Positions 28,828-38,933 of a stretch of DNA of 64,000 nucleotides are shown here, one piece after another. Positions within the stretch are counted from its first letter, which is position 1. Each line of letters opens with the position of its first letter. The notes beneath the pieces were generated by a model. It was not told the DNA's origin, ran no database searches, and worked only from the letters and a program-made list of their open reading frames with translations. This DNA comes from Chthoniobacteraceae bacterium. Its GTDB lineage: Bacteria > Verrucomicrobiota > Verrucomicrobiia > Chthoniobacterales > Chthoniobacteraceae. The stretch spans positions 1 through 64,000 of the forward strand of contig JBBCKI010000013.1 in NCBI GenBank assembly GCA_037190965.1. Direction: 5' to 3'. The position numbers and the translations under genes are program-made.

Positions 28828-29501
28828 GCCGACCGCGCCGTCATGGATGGCAGCGGGGGTTTACGCTTCTTGAGATCGTCGTTGTCCTTGCCATTGTGGC
28901 GGTGCTGGCTGCTTTCGGAGTGCCATTTATTTCCGGAATGATCCGGGAGGCGGCCATGCGGGCGCCTGTGGAGGAGTTGCAGGATCTTGCGAAGATCGTG
29001 CGTCTGCGGGCCATAAAAGAGGGCCGCCCTTACGAGATCGTATTCAATGAAGACGGTTTTTCAGGGCGTCTCTATAGTCTCTATTCCAGGCCGGACGGCG
29101 ACGAGGAAGAGCTTGAGGAGGTCGATTCCCGGAATGGCGATGCGGAAAAGACCGATGGGTCCGATAACGAGACACCCCGCAGAACAGAAGACGAAACAGA
29201 AGACAAAGCCGATGAGAACGGGGAGGAGAAAAAGCCGCTGCCGCCCGAGCCGCTGGTCGAATACCAGTACGCTCCGGGGATGGCCTGTCGTTTGCTTTTT
29301 TGGGGCAAAAGCCAGTGGCTTGAGCCCGGGCTGGAGACAAGAAGCCGCCGGGACTCGTCGCGCGACCGCTGGGTCTTCCAACCTTCGGGGCTTTGCAATC
29401 CCGTGCGGGTCCAATTTCGCAAAGGCGACGCCTGGATCGAAGTCGCCTTTAACCCCCTGACGGCGGACGCCCAGGACGAGCGCTACTACTTCCCGGAGTA
29501 A
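28824..29501 (+). CDS. gspH: T2SS minor pseudopilin H-like
   Basis: GFTLLEIV prepilin motif; position after gspG; acidic insert. Confidence 0.7.
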   Translation: MSRPRRHGWQRGFTLLEIVVVLAIVAVLAAFGVPFISGMIREAAMRAPVEELQDLAKIVRLRAIKEGRPYEIVFNEDGFSGRLYSLYSRPDGDEEELEEVDSRNGDAEKTDGSDNETPRRTEDETEDKADENGEEKKPLPPEPLVEYQYAPGMACRLLFWGKSQWLEPGLETRSRRDSSRDRWVFQPSGLCNPVRVQFRKGDAWIEVAFNPLTADAQDERYYFPE

Positions 29502-29506
29502 ACCCC

Positions 29507-29905
29507 GTGCCCCATTCGCGTCAACATGCCGATCGCTCGGGGTTTACCCTTTTGGAGATCATGCTCGCGGTGACGGTCTTCGCCATCGCGGTGCTTGGCT
29601 TGCTCTCGGCGTTGCACACCACTGTGGATGCCGCGACAGGCTTTAACCGGGAGGCGCAGGTGGCGCTTTCGCTCCAGAACCAGCTTGCGGAGGCTCGCGA
29701 GGAACCATGGACCGGCCCGGGAAGCGAGACGAACGGCCCCGACGAACTCGGCGTGATGTACACCAAGGAGATCGAGCCGCTGGAATTGCAGAACCGGGAC
29801 GGGCACGCGCTCGACCGGATGTACCGGCTCAAGATCACGGCAACCTGGGGAGCGGGCGATACGGAGGAAACCCAAACGGCGGAGGTATATGTCCATAAGC
29901 CGTAA
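29507..29905 (+). CDS. gspI: T2SS minor pseudopilin I-like
   Basis: GFTLLEIML motif; size and gene order. Confidence 0.7.
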   Translation: MPHSRQHADRSGFTLLEIMLAVTVFAIAVLGLLSALHTTVDAATGFNREAQVALSLQNQLAEAREEPWTGPGSETNGPDELGVMYTKEIEPLELQNRDGHALDRMYRLKITATWGAGDTEETQTAEVYVHKP

Positions 29906-30602
29906 TCGCCGCAACCTCTTCCGCGCGCCCGGCTTCACGTTGCTGGAGCTGGTGATCGCGATGGCGGTATTCTCGATCATCGCGGTGGCGTTGTTTCGTG
30001 TGCTCGACGCCTGCCTACGGACGACGAACGAATTGCACGATGCCCAGCGGGTCACCCGGCAACTGGCGACCTTCGCGGAGTTGTGCCGAAAAACGTTTGC
30101 CACCCTCCCTCCCACCGCCAGTTTCCGGGTTCCGGCCAGCCTTGAGGCCGACGGCCAGGAAATTGAGTTCAAGGATGCTCCCGCCATTTTTGCCTTCGGC
30201 GATAGTCCGCTCAACTATGGCACGACGACACTTGCCGTTCGCCCCCGGGAGGACGGGCTCTTTGAGCTTTCCATCTCTCGCAGTGATTTTGCTCCGCCCA
30301 AGGACGAGAGCACGATAATCGGGGTGGAGGCTTCAGCCCCCTCCCTGGAGCCGGACGAAAAGGGGCGGTATTGGTTGCTGCTGGCTGGTGATCTTGAATG
30401 GGCGCGCTGGCGTTTTTACGATCCTCGCGCCCACGATTGGGTGGAGTCCTGGACACGGAACACCCGGCCGCCGCTGGTGGAGCTTTCGCTCCTCCTGACG
30501 GGAGACACCGTTCCATTCCGCGCCGTATTCCCCGTCGCCTTTGCCGAAGAATCCACACAGCAACCCGAGCAGGGTCGCCGCTCAAACAGGAGGAGGCGAT
30601 GA
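29889..30602 (+). CDS. gspJ: T2SS minor pseudopilin J-like
   Basis: GFTLLELVI motif; C-terminal W.E.W....P..VEL pattern; gene order. Confidence 0.72.
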   Translation: MSISRNRRNLFRAPGFTLLELVIAMAVFSIIAVALFRVLDACLRTTNELHDAQRVTRQLATFAELCRKTFATLPPTASFRVPASLEADGQEIEFKDAPAIFAFGDSPLNYGTTTLAVRPREDGLFELSISRSDFAPPKDESTIIGVEASAPSLEPDEKGRYWLLLAGDLEWARWRFYDPRAHDWVESWTRNTRPPLVELSLLLTGDTVPFRAVFPVAFAEESTQQPEQGRRSNRRRR

Positions 30603-31525
30603 GGTTGTTTTTTCGTGCAAAACACGCTCATGGCTCCGCGCTTTTGCTCGTCATGTGGGCTCTGGTCGTGATGTCGCTGGCGGTTTTTGGCGTCATCAAG
30701 TTTGTTGGCTACGGTTTCGATGATACGGTGGCGCTCCAGAAGGATTTTCGCGCCCGTCAACTCGCGGAGTCGGGGCTGGCAATCGGGCTGCATCCCCAGG
30801 TGAAGCCGGGCGATCCGGTTTTGCGGCAGAAACTTTCGGCCGAGGAGAGAATTGAAGTCCGGATCCGGCCCGAGGACGGGAGATTGCCCATCAACGTCAT
30901 CATCGAGTTCGGCTTTTCCGACGTGCTCCGCGTGCTTTTTGAACAGTGGGGACTGGAGCCGGAGGACGCCTTCATTCTGGCGGATTCCCTGGCCGACTGG
31001 GTGGACCGCAATGGTCGCGTCCGGCTTCACGGCGCGGAGCGGGAATATTATGAGGAGCAGGGATATCCCGAATACCCGAGAAATCGGCCTTTTGAATCCG
31101 TGGAGGAGATGCTATCCGTGCGGGGAATGGACAAGCTAGTGGCAATGAAACCCGATTGGCGGGATTACTTTACCGTTCACGGCTCCGGGAAACTCAACGT
31201 CAACGGGGCATCGGCGGACGCCATTTCCATTTACACCAAAGTCCCGCTGGAGCACGCCGAAGCGTTGGTAAAGCAACGCAACGGGCTTGACGGTCTTCCT
31301 GATACCGAAGACGATCTACAATTCTCTTCGTTGGAGCAATTTCGCGACGCGTTGGGCATGAACCCCGGTGACTTCGATGCGGTTTCGGGCCTGCTGACCG
31401 TGGAGACAACGCTACTGCGCGTGGAGAGCAAAGGCCGCGTCGGAAATCGCGTGGTCACACTTTCAATGATCGCCAAGCTCGAACAGGGGAAACGCCCCGC
31501 CATCCTTGCAACCATGGAGAACTAA
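30599..31525 (+). CDS. gspK: T2SS minor pseudopilin K
   Basis: GSALLLVM, LADWVD, GAE..YY, RNRPFESVEEM..VRG, LNVN; AGGAGG SD before ATG 30599. Confidence 0.88.
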   Translation: MRLFFRAKHAHGSALLLVMWALVVMSLAVFGVIKFVGYGFDDTVALQKDFRARQLAESGLAIGLHPQVKPGDPVLRQKLSAEERIEVRIRPEDGRLPINVIIEFGFSDVLRVLFEQWGLEPEDAFILADSLADWVDRNGRVRLHGAEREYYEEQGYPEYPRNRPFESVEEMLSVRGMDKLVAMKPDWRDYFTVHGSGKLNVNGASADAISIYTKVPLEHAEALVKQRNGLDGLPDTEDDLQFSSLEQFRDALGMNPGDFDAVSGLLTVETTLLRVESKGRVGNRVVTLSMIAKLEQGKRPAILATMEN

Positions 31526-31531
31526 CCCCCG

Positions 31532-32752
31532 ATGAGCAAACATCTTCTATTCTCTCCCTCGGCGGGGCTTGACTGGGAAATCTGGTCGCTCCACGGCGGC
31601 TCGCGCACGCCGACGCTGGAGGGGAAGACCACCGAGCCCGCCGATGCTGCCGCCGCCGCCAGCCGGGTGGTGATGGCGTTGCCCGTGAGCCAATGTCTGA
31701 CGCTGCCGCTCTGGTTGACCAATGCGGAGCCCGGGTTGTACGAGCCGATGATTCTCTCCCAACTGGAGAAACGGGGGATGGCCCCGCGCAACGGAACGCC
31801 GCCGATCTTCGACTACGGCGTCGTCGCCGTATCGGAGAATCGCACGCTGCTCCGCGTGACACTACTGCCTGGGAATTTCCCCGAGGCGCTCTGCTTTGCA
31901 AAGGCTCGCTGCTATGCCGGCTGGGCGGATTTTCTCCCGCTGCCGGAGAGCCAGATCGTATTGTGGCAGGAGCGGCAGAATCTCGTGCTGGCGGTGGCGC
32001 GGGGCGGCGAGGTGGTTTATACCCAGGTGCTCTCGCGATCGCTTCAAATCACCGCGGAGACGGCTCTTGAAGTTCGGGCGATCCGGCTTGCCCTGGAGGC
32101 GGAGCAGGTCGTTGAATCCATCACCGGAGTGACGGTCTGGGGAAGCTTCCCCGAAGGCGTTGACTGTCTGCAGCTTCTCAAACTTCCGGTGGATGAAGGG
32201 GAGCGCCCGGCTCCGTCCGCGGCGCGGGTGGCGACTGTCTCGACCCGCTCGCGAATGGTGCCTCTCCCGCTGCAAAAGACGCGCATCCTGCGCTTGCGGC
32301 GCGACCGGAACCTCCGGTTCGCGGGGATCGCCGCGCTTGGGTATGTCGCGCTCGTTTTGTTGATGGCGGTCTATCTTCGGTCCCTGCAGGCCAAAGCCTC
32401 CGCGTTGGTGGAGAGCGTCAAGCGCGACAAGCCCGCGGCCACCGAGTTGGAGCGCACGTCAGCGGCGTGGCGGGTCGTGGAGTCCGCCGTGGACCCGAAC
32501 TATTACGCCATCGAACAATTTTACCTGTGCGCCGAGGCGCTTCCGCCCGTCGGGATCCGCTTCTCCTCCTTCGAGATCAAGGGGCGCGGCGTGCAGATCA
32601 AGGGGATGGCGCGGAGTGTGGCGGAACTCTACAAATATGTGGATGTTCTGAAGCAGTCGCCCGTAATCTCCCGCAATAGCTGGAGGGTTGGGCAGCCGAG
32701 GGTGTTCCAGGACGACACGGTGGAGTTCAAGATCGAAGGGAACATGCAATAA
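31532..32752 (+). CDS. T2SS GspL/PilN-like inner-membrane protein
   Basis: Large cytoplasmic domain, single TM, short periplasmic domain; position after gspK. Confidence 0.6.
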   Translation: MSKHLLFSPSAGLDWEIWSLHGGSRTPTLEGKTTEPADAAAAASRVVMALPVSQCLTLPLWLTNAEPGLYEPMILSQLEKRGMAPRNGTPPIFDYGVVAVSENRTLLRVTLLPGNFPEALCFAKARCYAGWADFLPLPESQIVLWQERQNLVLAVARGGEVVYTQVLSRSLQITAETALEVRAIRLALEAEQVVESITGVTVWGSFPEGVDCLQLLKLPVDEGERPAPSAARVATVSTRSRMVPLPLQKTRILRLRRDRNLRFAGIAALGYVALVLLMAVYLRSLQAKASALVESVKRDKPAATELERTSAAWRVVESAVDPNYYAIEQFYLCAEALPPVGIRFSSFEIKGRGVQIKGMARSVAELYKYVDVLKQSPVISRNSWRVGQPRVFQDDTVEFKIEGNMQ

Positions 32753-33309
32753 TGGCCAAGCTATCCAAAAAGGAGACACGCCTGCTGGTGATCTTTCTCT
32801 CCGTCATTTTCTTTGCGGGGAATGTGATCGCGCTTAAGACGTTTATGGGAGGGGTGACTCTCGCAAAAACGCAGATCCGCACGCTTACCGAGCAGAAGCA
32901 GGGGATTGACGCCCTTCTTGGTGATCGCGCTTATTGGGAGGAGCGCCAGAAGTGGATGGAGGATCACCAGCCGGTCATCGGGGACATGGGCGAAGCCCAA
33001 GGCGAGTTGATCGAGACCTTACAGAAGCTGGCGCGCGCCCGCGGAATCACGATTCTGGAGCAACGCATCATGGAGCCCAACCCCAAGCTGCAATACAAGA
33101 GGATTTCCGTCATGCTCAAGGTGATCGCGCCGATGAGCGACTTGGTCGACTGGCTGGCTGAGATCCAGTCGCCGGAAGCCTTTCACATTGTCGAGCAGTT
33201 GACGCTGGCGCTCGACCTCAAGAGCAAGGAGGAGGAACTGCCTGTGATTTGCACCCTTCAGGTGGGGCGTCTTTACCAATCCCACGGCGCAGGAGGATTT
33301 GCCCGATGA
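32752..33309 (+). CDS. T2SS GspM/PilO-like protein
   Basis: KLSKKE..LL N-terminus, TM, coiled coil, small periplasmic domain. Confidence 0.6.
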   Translation: MAKLSKKETRLLVIFLSVIFFAGNVIALKTFMGGVTLAKTQIRTLTEQKQGIDALLGDRAYWEERQKWMEDHQPVIGDMGEAQGELIETLQKLARARGITILEQRIMEPNPKLQYKRISVMLKVIAPMSDLVDWLAEIQSPEAFHIVEQLTLALDLKSKEEELPVICTLQVGRLYQSHGAGGFAR

Positions 33310-33869
33310 ACACCGCTTTGTCATCTTTCTCATTCACTCTTCTGATCGCGTCCGCCTCAATCCTCCCTGCGGTGGAGGCTGGCGGCGAGGCGATCTCCGC
33401 CCCGGCACCTGGGCCGGAGCGGTATCGCAATCTCTGGAGCAACTCGCCGTTCCTGCGGCCACTTAACGCGGCGGAAAGCTATGTTCTTACCGGCGTGGCC
33501 CGCTTCGACGGAAAGCCGATGGTGACGATGCTTAACACCGCCACCGGCGAGCGGATCACGCTCACGACCGAAAGCAATTCGCTGGGTTGGCGGCTGATCG
33601 ATCTGAACAACGACCCGAACCCCCGCAACATCATGGCGCGCGTCACCATCAATGGTGAGGAGGTGGCTATCCGTTTCAACGAACGGCAAATTAGCCCTGA
33701 CGCCTTGCTCAAAGCCTCCGACGGCTCCGGGCGTACGTTGCCGTTTTCCACTCCGAGAGCGCCCGGAAGCATTCTCAAGGATCGGCTTCCGAAAACGAGC
33801 GAGATCAAGCCCAAGCCACGCGATCCCGAGAAGAACAAGCGCCAAAGAAGACCGCAAGCCTCCCAATAA
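33306..33869 (+). CDS. GspC/PilP-like periplasmic protein
   Basis: N-terminal hydrophobic segment, SPF motif then beta-rich YVLTGV segment; immediately before the secretin. Confidence 0.5.
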   Translation: MNTALSSFSFTLLIASASILPAVEAGGEAISAPAPGPERYRNLWSNSPFLRPLNAAESYVLTGVARFDGKPMVTMLNTATGERITLTTESNSLGWRLIDLNNDPNPRNIMARVTINGEEVAIRFNERQISPDALLKASDGSGRTLPFSTPRAPGSILKDRLPKTSEIKPKPRDPEKNKRQRRPQASQ

Positions 33870-36181
33870 TGAAATCAACGAAGTTTGTCCTCCCATTTCT
33901 CTTCGCGCTTGTCAGCGCCCCGGTGCATGGAGCGCCGGATGTTTCCGGATCGCGGCCTGCCCTGGGCGGTTCCGTGGAGCCCCTGCCCGGCGATGCCAGC
34001 AAGGTAACGATCCAGTTTCCCAACACGCCCGTCTCCGATATTCTCGACATCTATGAACGGCTGATCGGCAAGCCGCTGGTGCGCGATTCCCAGATCTACC
34101 GGGGGCCGAGCATTACCCTCATGCCGCCGGAACCCGTGGGAAAGGAGGAGGCGTGCCGGTTGATCGAATCGGTCCTGTTGCTCAACGGCTATCTGCTTCT
34201 GCCCGGGCCGGAGGGAAGCCTCAAGGTGGTGCTCAATGACCCCAAGGTGAAACAGAACCCGTTGCGCGACGGGATCACGATTTATACCGACGCGACCCAA
34301 CTCCCCGGGGGCGACGCCATCGCGGCGTTTTTTCTGCCGCTGGAGTTCCTGACTCCCGACGACGCCAAGGCGCTCTTCGAAACGCATGTCCAGCTCAACT
34401 CCTACGGGAAGGTTACCCCGATCTATGCGCCGCCCGCGTTGCTGATTACTGAGAATGTCTCGCTCATCAAACAGATCGTCGCGCTCAAACCGCTGGTGGA
34501 CGTCGATCCTGCCTTGAGCCAGGCCCCCGTGAAGACGGAACTGGTGGAGATCAAGTACGCCGACGCGGTGGCGGTAGCGGAGATGATCCAGGCGCTGGTC
34601 GATAATCGCGCGCCGGGCGCACCCGGGCAGCCGCAACGCCCGGGACAGAGGCCGCAGGCGCACAGGCCACAGCAGGGGCAAGGGCAGGGGAGGCCGAGGC
34701 AGGTGCTCAACCAAAGTCAGCTTCTGAGCATCAACGCGCAGTTGATTCCTGACGCACGCTTGAATCGCATCCTCGTCGTCACCGAGCCCGCCAACTTTGC
34801 CTATATCAACGCGTTGATTAGCGAACTGGATCAACCCCTGGAGTTGAAAGCGCCGCTGGAGCGCCGGTTGAAGTATGTCTCCGCGGAGGACATTCTTCCC
34901 GTGCTAGTCAATATCCTTTCCGATAACGGCGAGGCACCGCCTGCCGGTCAGGCGGCACGGCCCGGCAACCCGCTGGGGAGCCGTTTGGGCGCGGGTTCGA
35001 TGGGGCGTTCCCGTTCCAGCAATGGGCGTGGCGGCAGTTTCACCAACGCGGGCGGGGTCGATTCGTTGCCGGATCAACTGACCGAGCCGGTGGACGACAA
35101 CGCACCCCTCTCCGTGCAAATCGGCAAGACCCGTCTCATCGCGGACCGGCAGGCCAATTCGATTTTCGTGGTCGGGCCGCCCGAGAGCTATGACAAGGTG
35201 GCGACCATCATCGATCGGCTCGACCGCAAGCCGCCGCAGGTTTATCTGGCGACGATCATCGGGCAACTGACGCTTGATGAGAGCTCGCAGTTGGGCGTTG
35301 ATTATCTGGTTCACTTCAACAAAAAACAGTTCTCTGGCGGTCTGCTTTCGGCGGGCGGGATGGCGAAATCGGTGAACGATATTCGCGACGGCATCGCCAG
35401 CGCCGTGACTCCGGCGGCCGGTGGGCTGACGGTTTTCGGCGCGGTGACCAACAACCTCGACGTGCTGGTGCGCGCGTTGGAGAGCACGAACCGGTTCAAG
35501 GTTCTCTCCCGCCCCACGGTTTACGCCGCCAATAACAAAAAGGCGGTGATCACCTCGGGTCAGCAGATCCCCGTGCCGACGAACATCCTACAAAGCCTCG
35601 ATTCGAATAGCAGCCGCTTCCAGACCAACATCGATTACCGCGACGTGGTGCTGAAGCTGGAGGTTGTCCCGCTCATCAACAGCAGGAAGGAAGTGACGCT
35701 CAAGATCGCGCAGGTCAACGACACGGTGGTCGGCGAGCAAACCGTGAGCAGCAACACTGTGCCGATCATCGGAACGGAACGGCTGAATACAACCGTGACA
35801 ATTCCCAATGCGAACACGGTCGTTCTTGGCGGGTTGATTACCGAGCAGCTTGAAAAGAAGGCGACCGGTGTGCCGTTGCTCAAGGAGATTCCCGTATTGG
35901 GCAACGCATTCAAGAGCCGGTCGCAGAGCAAGGTGCGTCGGGAGTTGATCATCTTCATCCAGCCGATCGTGGTGGATGATGAAGAGTCCGCATTGCTGGC
36001 TAGCGAGAAGGAGGATGCGCGTACGGTGATCGGTCTCGACGCGTCGAATGTTTTCCCTTCCGCCGACGCGATCAATCTAATACCGCGGCCGGTCACTCTC
36101 GAAGTTGAGGAGCCTGCCAAGCCGGTTCAGTCCCTTAAGCCTGTCCCGTCTGTTACGCCCGCCAAGCGCTACCACAAATAG
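33869..36181 (+). CDS. gspD: T2SS secretin
   Basis: Signal peptide, N0/N domains (ADRQANSI), VLSRP...NNKKA.ITSGQQIP, LGGLI, GVPLLKEIPVLGNAF, ELIIFIQP. Confidence 0.93.
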   Translation: MKSTKFVLPFLFALVSAPVHGAPDVSGSRPALGGSVEPLPGDASKVTIQFPNTPVSDILDIYERLIGKPLVRDSQIYRGPSITLMPPEPVGKEEACRLIESVLLLNGYLLLPGPEGSLKVVLNDPKVKQNPLRDGITIYTDATQLPGGDAIAAFFLPLEFLTPDDAKALFETHVQLNSYGKVTPIYAPPALLITENVSLIKQIVALKPLVDVDPALSQAPVKTELVEIKYADAVAVAEMIQALVDNRAPGAPGQPQRPGQRPQAHRPQQGQGQGRPRQVLNQSQLLSINAQLIPDARLNRILVVTEPANFAYINALISELDQPLELKAPLERRLKYVSAEDILPVLVNILSDNGEAPPAGQAARPGNPLGSRLGAGSMGRSRSSNGRGGSFTNAGGVDSLPDQLTEPVDDNAPLSVQIGKTRLIADRQANSIFVVGPPESYDKVATIIDRLDRKPPQVYLATIIGQLTLDESSQLGVDYLVHFNKKQFSGGLLSAGGMAKSVNDIRDGIASAVTPAAGGLTVFGAVTNNLDVLVRALESTNRFKVLSRPTVYAANNKKAVITSGQQIPVPTNILQSLDSNSSRFQTNIDYRDVVLKLEVVPLINSRKEVTLKIAQVNDTVVGEQTVSSNTVPIIGTERLNTTVTIPNANTVVLGGLITEQLEKKATGVPLLKEIPVLGNAFKSRSQSKVRRELIIFIQPIVVDDEESALLASEKEDARTVIGLDASNVFPSADAINLIPRPVTLEVEEPAKPVQSLKPVPSVTPAKRYHK

Positions 36182-36194
36182 CGGGGCGACTGCC

Positions 36195-36992
36195 ATGGGA
36201 ATGCTGCGCAAGGTAGCCTTGGGTCTCGCTTTTCTGCTGTTGGCAGGGGGTATTCCCGTGGCGGCGGCGGAGCGCGTGGAGATTCCCTTCGAATGGGAAA
36301 ACGGACTGATTTGGGTGAAGGTCTCGGCGAAGGGGAAGCGGTTGAACTTCGTCGTCGATTCGGGCGCGGGCGCGACGGTTTTGCATTTCGATACCGTGCA
36401 ACGGCTTCGGTTGAAAGTGGGCGATCCGTGCCCGCTTTACGGCGCGGGGGTCAATGGTGTGGCCTATCGGATCAGCGATTTCGAAGGAAGCCTTCATGGC
36501 ATTCCGCTTGAGCGGGAGGTCTTTGCCGTGCCGCTGCGGCGTTTGAAGGGCCGCGGGTGGAAGTTTCGGAAGATGGACGGCTTGATCGGGCAGGATTTTT
36601 TCCGGAACCGGATCATCGAGATCGACTATAAAAATCGGCGGCTCGTCATTCTGGAAAAAGCGGGGAATCGGCGAGGGGTCAGGCTGCCGCTCCGCTACGA
36701 GAAGGATGCGATGTGTGTCCCCGTAAAGGTGAATGGCTCCGAGCCGCGATGGACACGGCTCGATACCGGTTGCGTTTCGGCGCTGGAATGGGTGGAGGGG
36801 AGAGAGGCGAAGAGGACCGAAGTGGAGGCCGAGGTGCATCTCGGCGCGAATCGCTGTTCCGGGGTGCAAGTGGGGCTGCATGGCAAGCCGCTCTTTCCCG
36901 GCGAGGCGGGGCTGTTGGGGAATGGATTGCTCTCGATTTACCGGGTCACCATCGACGCGCGGGCAATGCAGGTTTGGCTGGAGAAGCCGTGA
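36195..36992 (+). CDS. Secreted two-lobed retropepsin-like aspartyl protease
   Basis: Signal peptide; FVVDSGA ... GLIG and RLDTGC ... GLLG. Confidence 0.75.
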   Translation: MGMLRKVALGLAFLLLAGGIPVAAAERVEIPFEWENGLIWVKVSAKGKRLNFVVDSGAGATVLHFDTVQRLRLKVGDPCPLYGAGVNGVAYRISDFEGSLHGIPLEREVFAVPLRRLKGRGWKFRKMDGLIGQDFFRNRIIEIDYKNRRLVILEKAGNRRGVRLPLRYEKDAMCVPVKVNGSEPRWTRLDTGCVSALEWVEGREAKRTEVEAEVHLGANRCSGVQVGLHGKPLFPGEAGLLGNGLLSIYRVTIDARAMQVWLEKP

Positions 36993-37040
36993 TAAGGCCG
37001 TGGCCGGGCTGCATTCCGAAAACGGGGTGTGGCATTCAGG

Positions 37041-37415
37041 ATGAATCAACACGGGGGATGGATCATGCTCAGCAATTTTCGAAAACACGCCCTGGCGGCA
37101 GCCATGCTGACCGGTCTGGCGTTTTGGCTGGTCGTCTCGGCTCCGCAAACGGTGGCGCAGGGCGTTTCCGCCATCAAACTGGGGTGGACCTACGACATCG
37201 GTCTTCCCGAGAGCCTGCAAGATCAGGAAACCCCCACGCTCGGGCTGGCCGCAGGGGTGAATACCTACCGGGTCGTCGGCTACGGCGGGGATACCTGGTA
37301 TCGGTTGCAGCGGGTGTACAGGCATCCCAAAGGAGGCTGGTATTCGCCGCAGGGAGCCAAGCAGGTTTGGGTGAATATAGCGTACGCTTACATGATCAAC
37401 GAGGTGCTTCGTTAG
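37041..37415 (+). CDS. Small exported hypothetical protein
   Basis: Signal-peptide-like segment; coding-like composition; start uncertain (37029/37041/37065). Confidence 0.55.
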   Translation: MNQHGGWIMLSNFRKHALAAAMLTGLAFWLVVSAPQTVAQGVSAIKLGWTYDIGLPESLQDQETPTLGLAAGVNTYRVVGYGGDTWYRLQRVYRHPKGGWYSPQGAKQVWVNIAYAYMINEVLR

Positions 37416-37421
37416 TTTAAA

Positions 37422-37445
37422 CCCGAACTCCGAAACTGATCGCGG
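37422..37445 (+). repeat. Half copy of family E (CCCGAACTCCGA...TGATCGCGG)
   Basis: Matches the left end of the element at 45480; followed directly by a family A copy. Confidence 0.55.
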
Positions 37446-37451
37446 CGGGTT

Positions 37452-37611
37452 GGTGCGGTAGCACCGGTAGACCGCTCGCGCCGTCGAGCGCGGATATCGA
37501 CCTCTTGGCTTCATAAGAGGACCATCGCAAGACCAGCAGCCCGTCCTGCGGGGATGGCGTCAAACGCGACTCTTTACCCATCCCGCGCTCGCGGCGCGAG
37601 TGCGGGCTACC
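37452..37611 (-). repeat. Family A REPIN-like element, copy 3 (reverse orientation)
   Basis: Tail GGTGCGGTAGCACC, GGTAGACCGCTCGCGCCGTCGAGCG ... GCGGGCTACC; spacer is the reverse complement of the other copies. Confidence 0.9.
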
Positions 37612-37618
37612 TTGCTCA

Positions 37619-38902
37619 TCAACAGCGGCGCTCTTCCAATAAGGCGCAGAGTTCGGCGAAGGCCGTGGAGAGCGGATCGTGATCCCGGCTGTCGCCCCTT
37701 GGCGTCTCCTGTTCAAGACGGCGTTGGAAGACTGCTTTCGGATTGGAAAGAAGCGCGTCGGCTTCCTCGTCGGCGGAGTCGTCATCGAGCCCCAATGGCG
37801 CGATAGGGGTGGTGCGTTCCGCCAGCACCCGGATGACCTGGAAGGGCCGGTTTGCGGTGGCTTCCCTTACCGCTTCGCAGAGATCCTCGCTCCCATTGGC
37901 CTCTGTTATGGTGATCTCCACCCATGGCATAAGATCGCCCGCAGGCGGTTCGAATTGCCGTAGACGCGTCTTCAACTCCGCATGCGGAATTTTGAGTCTC
38001 ACGAAGGGGCGCGGCTGGGGGACCGGCAGCGATTGATTGGCGACGAGTCGGTTGCCTGAAAAATCGAGCAGGCGCACTTCCTTGCGGTCCGCCGCTTCGC
38101 TGAAGCTCAGCATGAGGGGTGAGCCGCTATAGCGAACGGTCTCCCGGTTGCCGACGGTCTGGGGACGGTGCAGGTGGCCGAGCGCGACGTAAGCAAAAGC
38201 CGTGGGGAACGCTTCTGCGCCGACGGAACCGAGGCCTCCGACGTGGATTTCCCGTTCGCTTTCGGAGACCGCGCTCCCTAATGCGGTGAGATGGCCGGTG
38301 GCAATGACGGGTATCGCGCGCTCCAGCCACGGTTTGGCGGCCTCGGCGGCTTCCGCGTAGCGTTTGGTAAGCCCCTCCTGAAGCTCCCGCCGGATGACGT
38401 CGGCGCTTTGGCCGAATTCCCCGGTGCGGAGGTCGCGCTCGCGCAGAAACGGCAGCGCGGCGACGACGAGGCGCGGAGCTTCGGGCGAGGGGAGCGGGAT
38501 GAGGATGGCGGAGGCGTCAAGGGCGCCGTCTTCGCTCTTGGGGAGCGTGGCGGAAACGTGAACGTTGATGACGCGTAGGAGATCGCGCGCCGCGTCGAGG
38601 TGGGCGGGGGAATCGTGATTGCCCGCCGTGATGACGACCTGGCAGCCGCACTTCGCGTGCAGCGAGGCCAGGAAGTCGAAATACATCCGGACCGCCGACT
38701 GGGGAGGGGTGGCGGAATCGAAGACGTCGCCCGCGATGACGAGGGCGTCGGCTTGAACCGCCACAAGAGTGGCCTCCAGCCAGTCGAGAAAGCGTTGGTG
38801 CTCTTCGGTGCGGTCGAGGCTGCCGAGCATTTTGCCGAGGTGCCAATCCGCGCTATGGATGACGCGGTAGACCCCCTCCGGTTTCGGCAGGTCGGTTTGC
38901 AT
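37619..38902 (-). CDS. sbcD: Nuclease SbcCD subunit D (Mre11 homologue)
   Basis: HSADWHLG, AGDVFD, AGNHDS, YVALGHLH, YSGSP..LSFSE. Confidence 0.93.
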   Translation of the reverse strand: MQTDLPKPEGVYRVIHSADWHLGKMLGSLDRTEEHQRFLDWLEATLVAVQADALVIAGDVFDSATPPQSAVRMYFDFLASLHAKCGCQVVITAGNHDSPAHLDAARDLLRVINVHVSATLPKSEDGALDASAILIPLPSPEAPRLVVAALPFLRERDLRTGEFGQSADVIRRELQEGLTKRYAEAAEAAKPWLERAIPVIATGHLTALGSAVSESEREIHVGGLGSVGAEAFPTAFAYVALGHLHRPQTVGNRETVRYSGSPLMLSFSEAADRKEVRLLDFSGNRLVANQSLPVPQPRPFVRLKIPHAELKTRLRQFEPPAGDLMPWVEITITEANGSEDLCEAVREATANRPFQVIRVLAERTTPIAPLGLDDDSADEEADALLSNPKAVFQRRLEQETPRGDSRDHDPLSTAFAELCALLEERRC

Positions 38903-38933
38903 GGCTAGTATTTAACTAGTCTACTGCTGCGGG

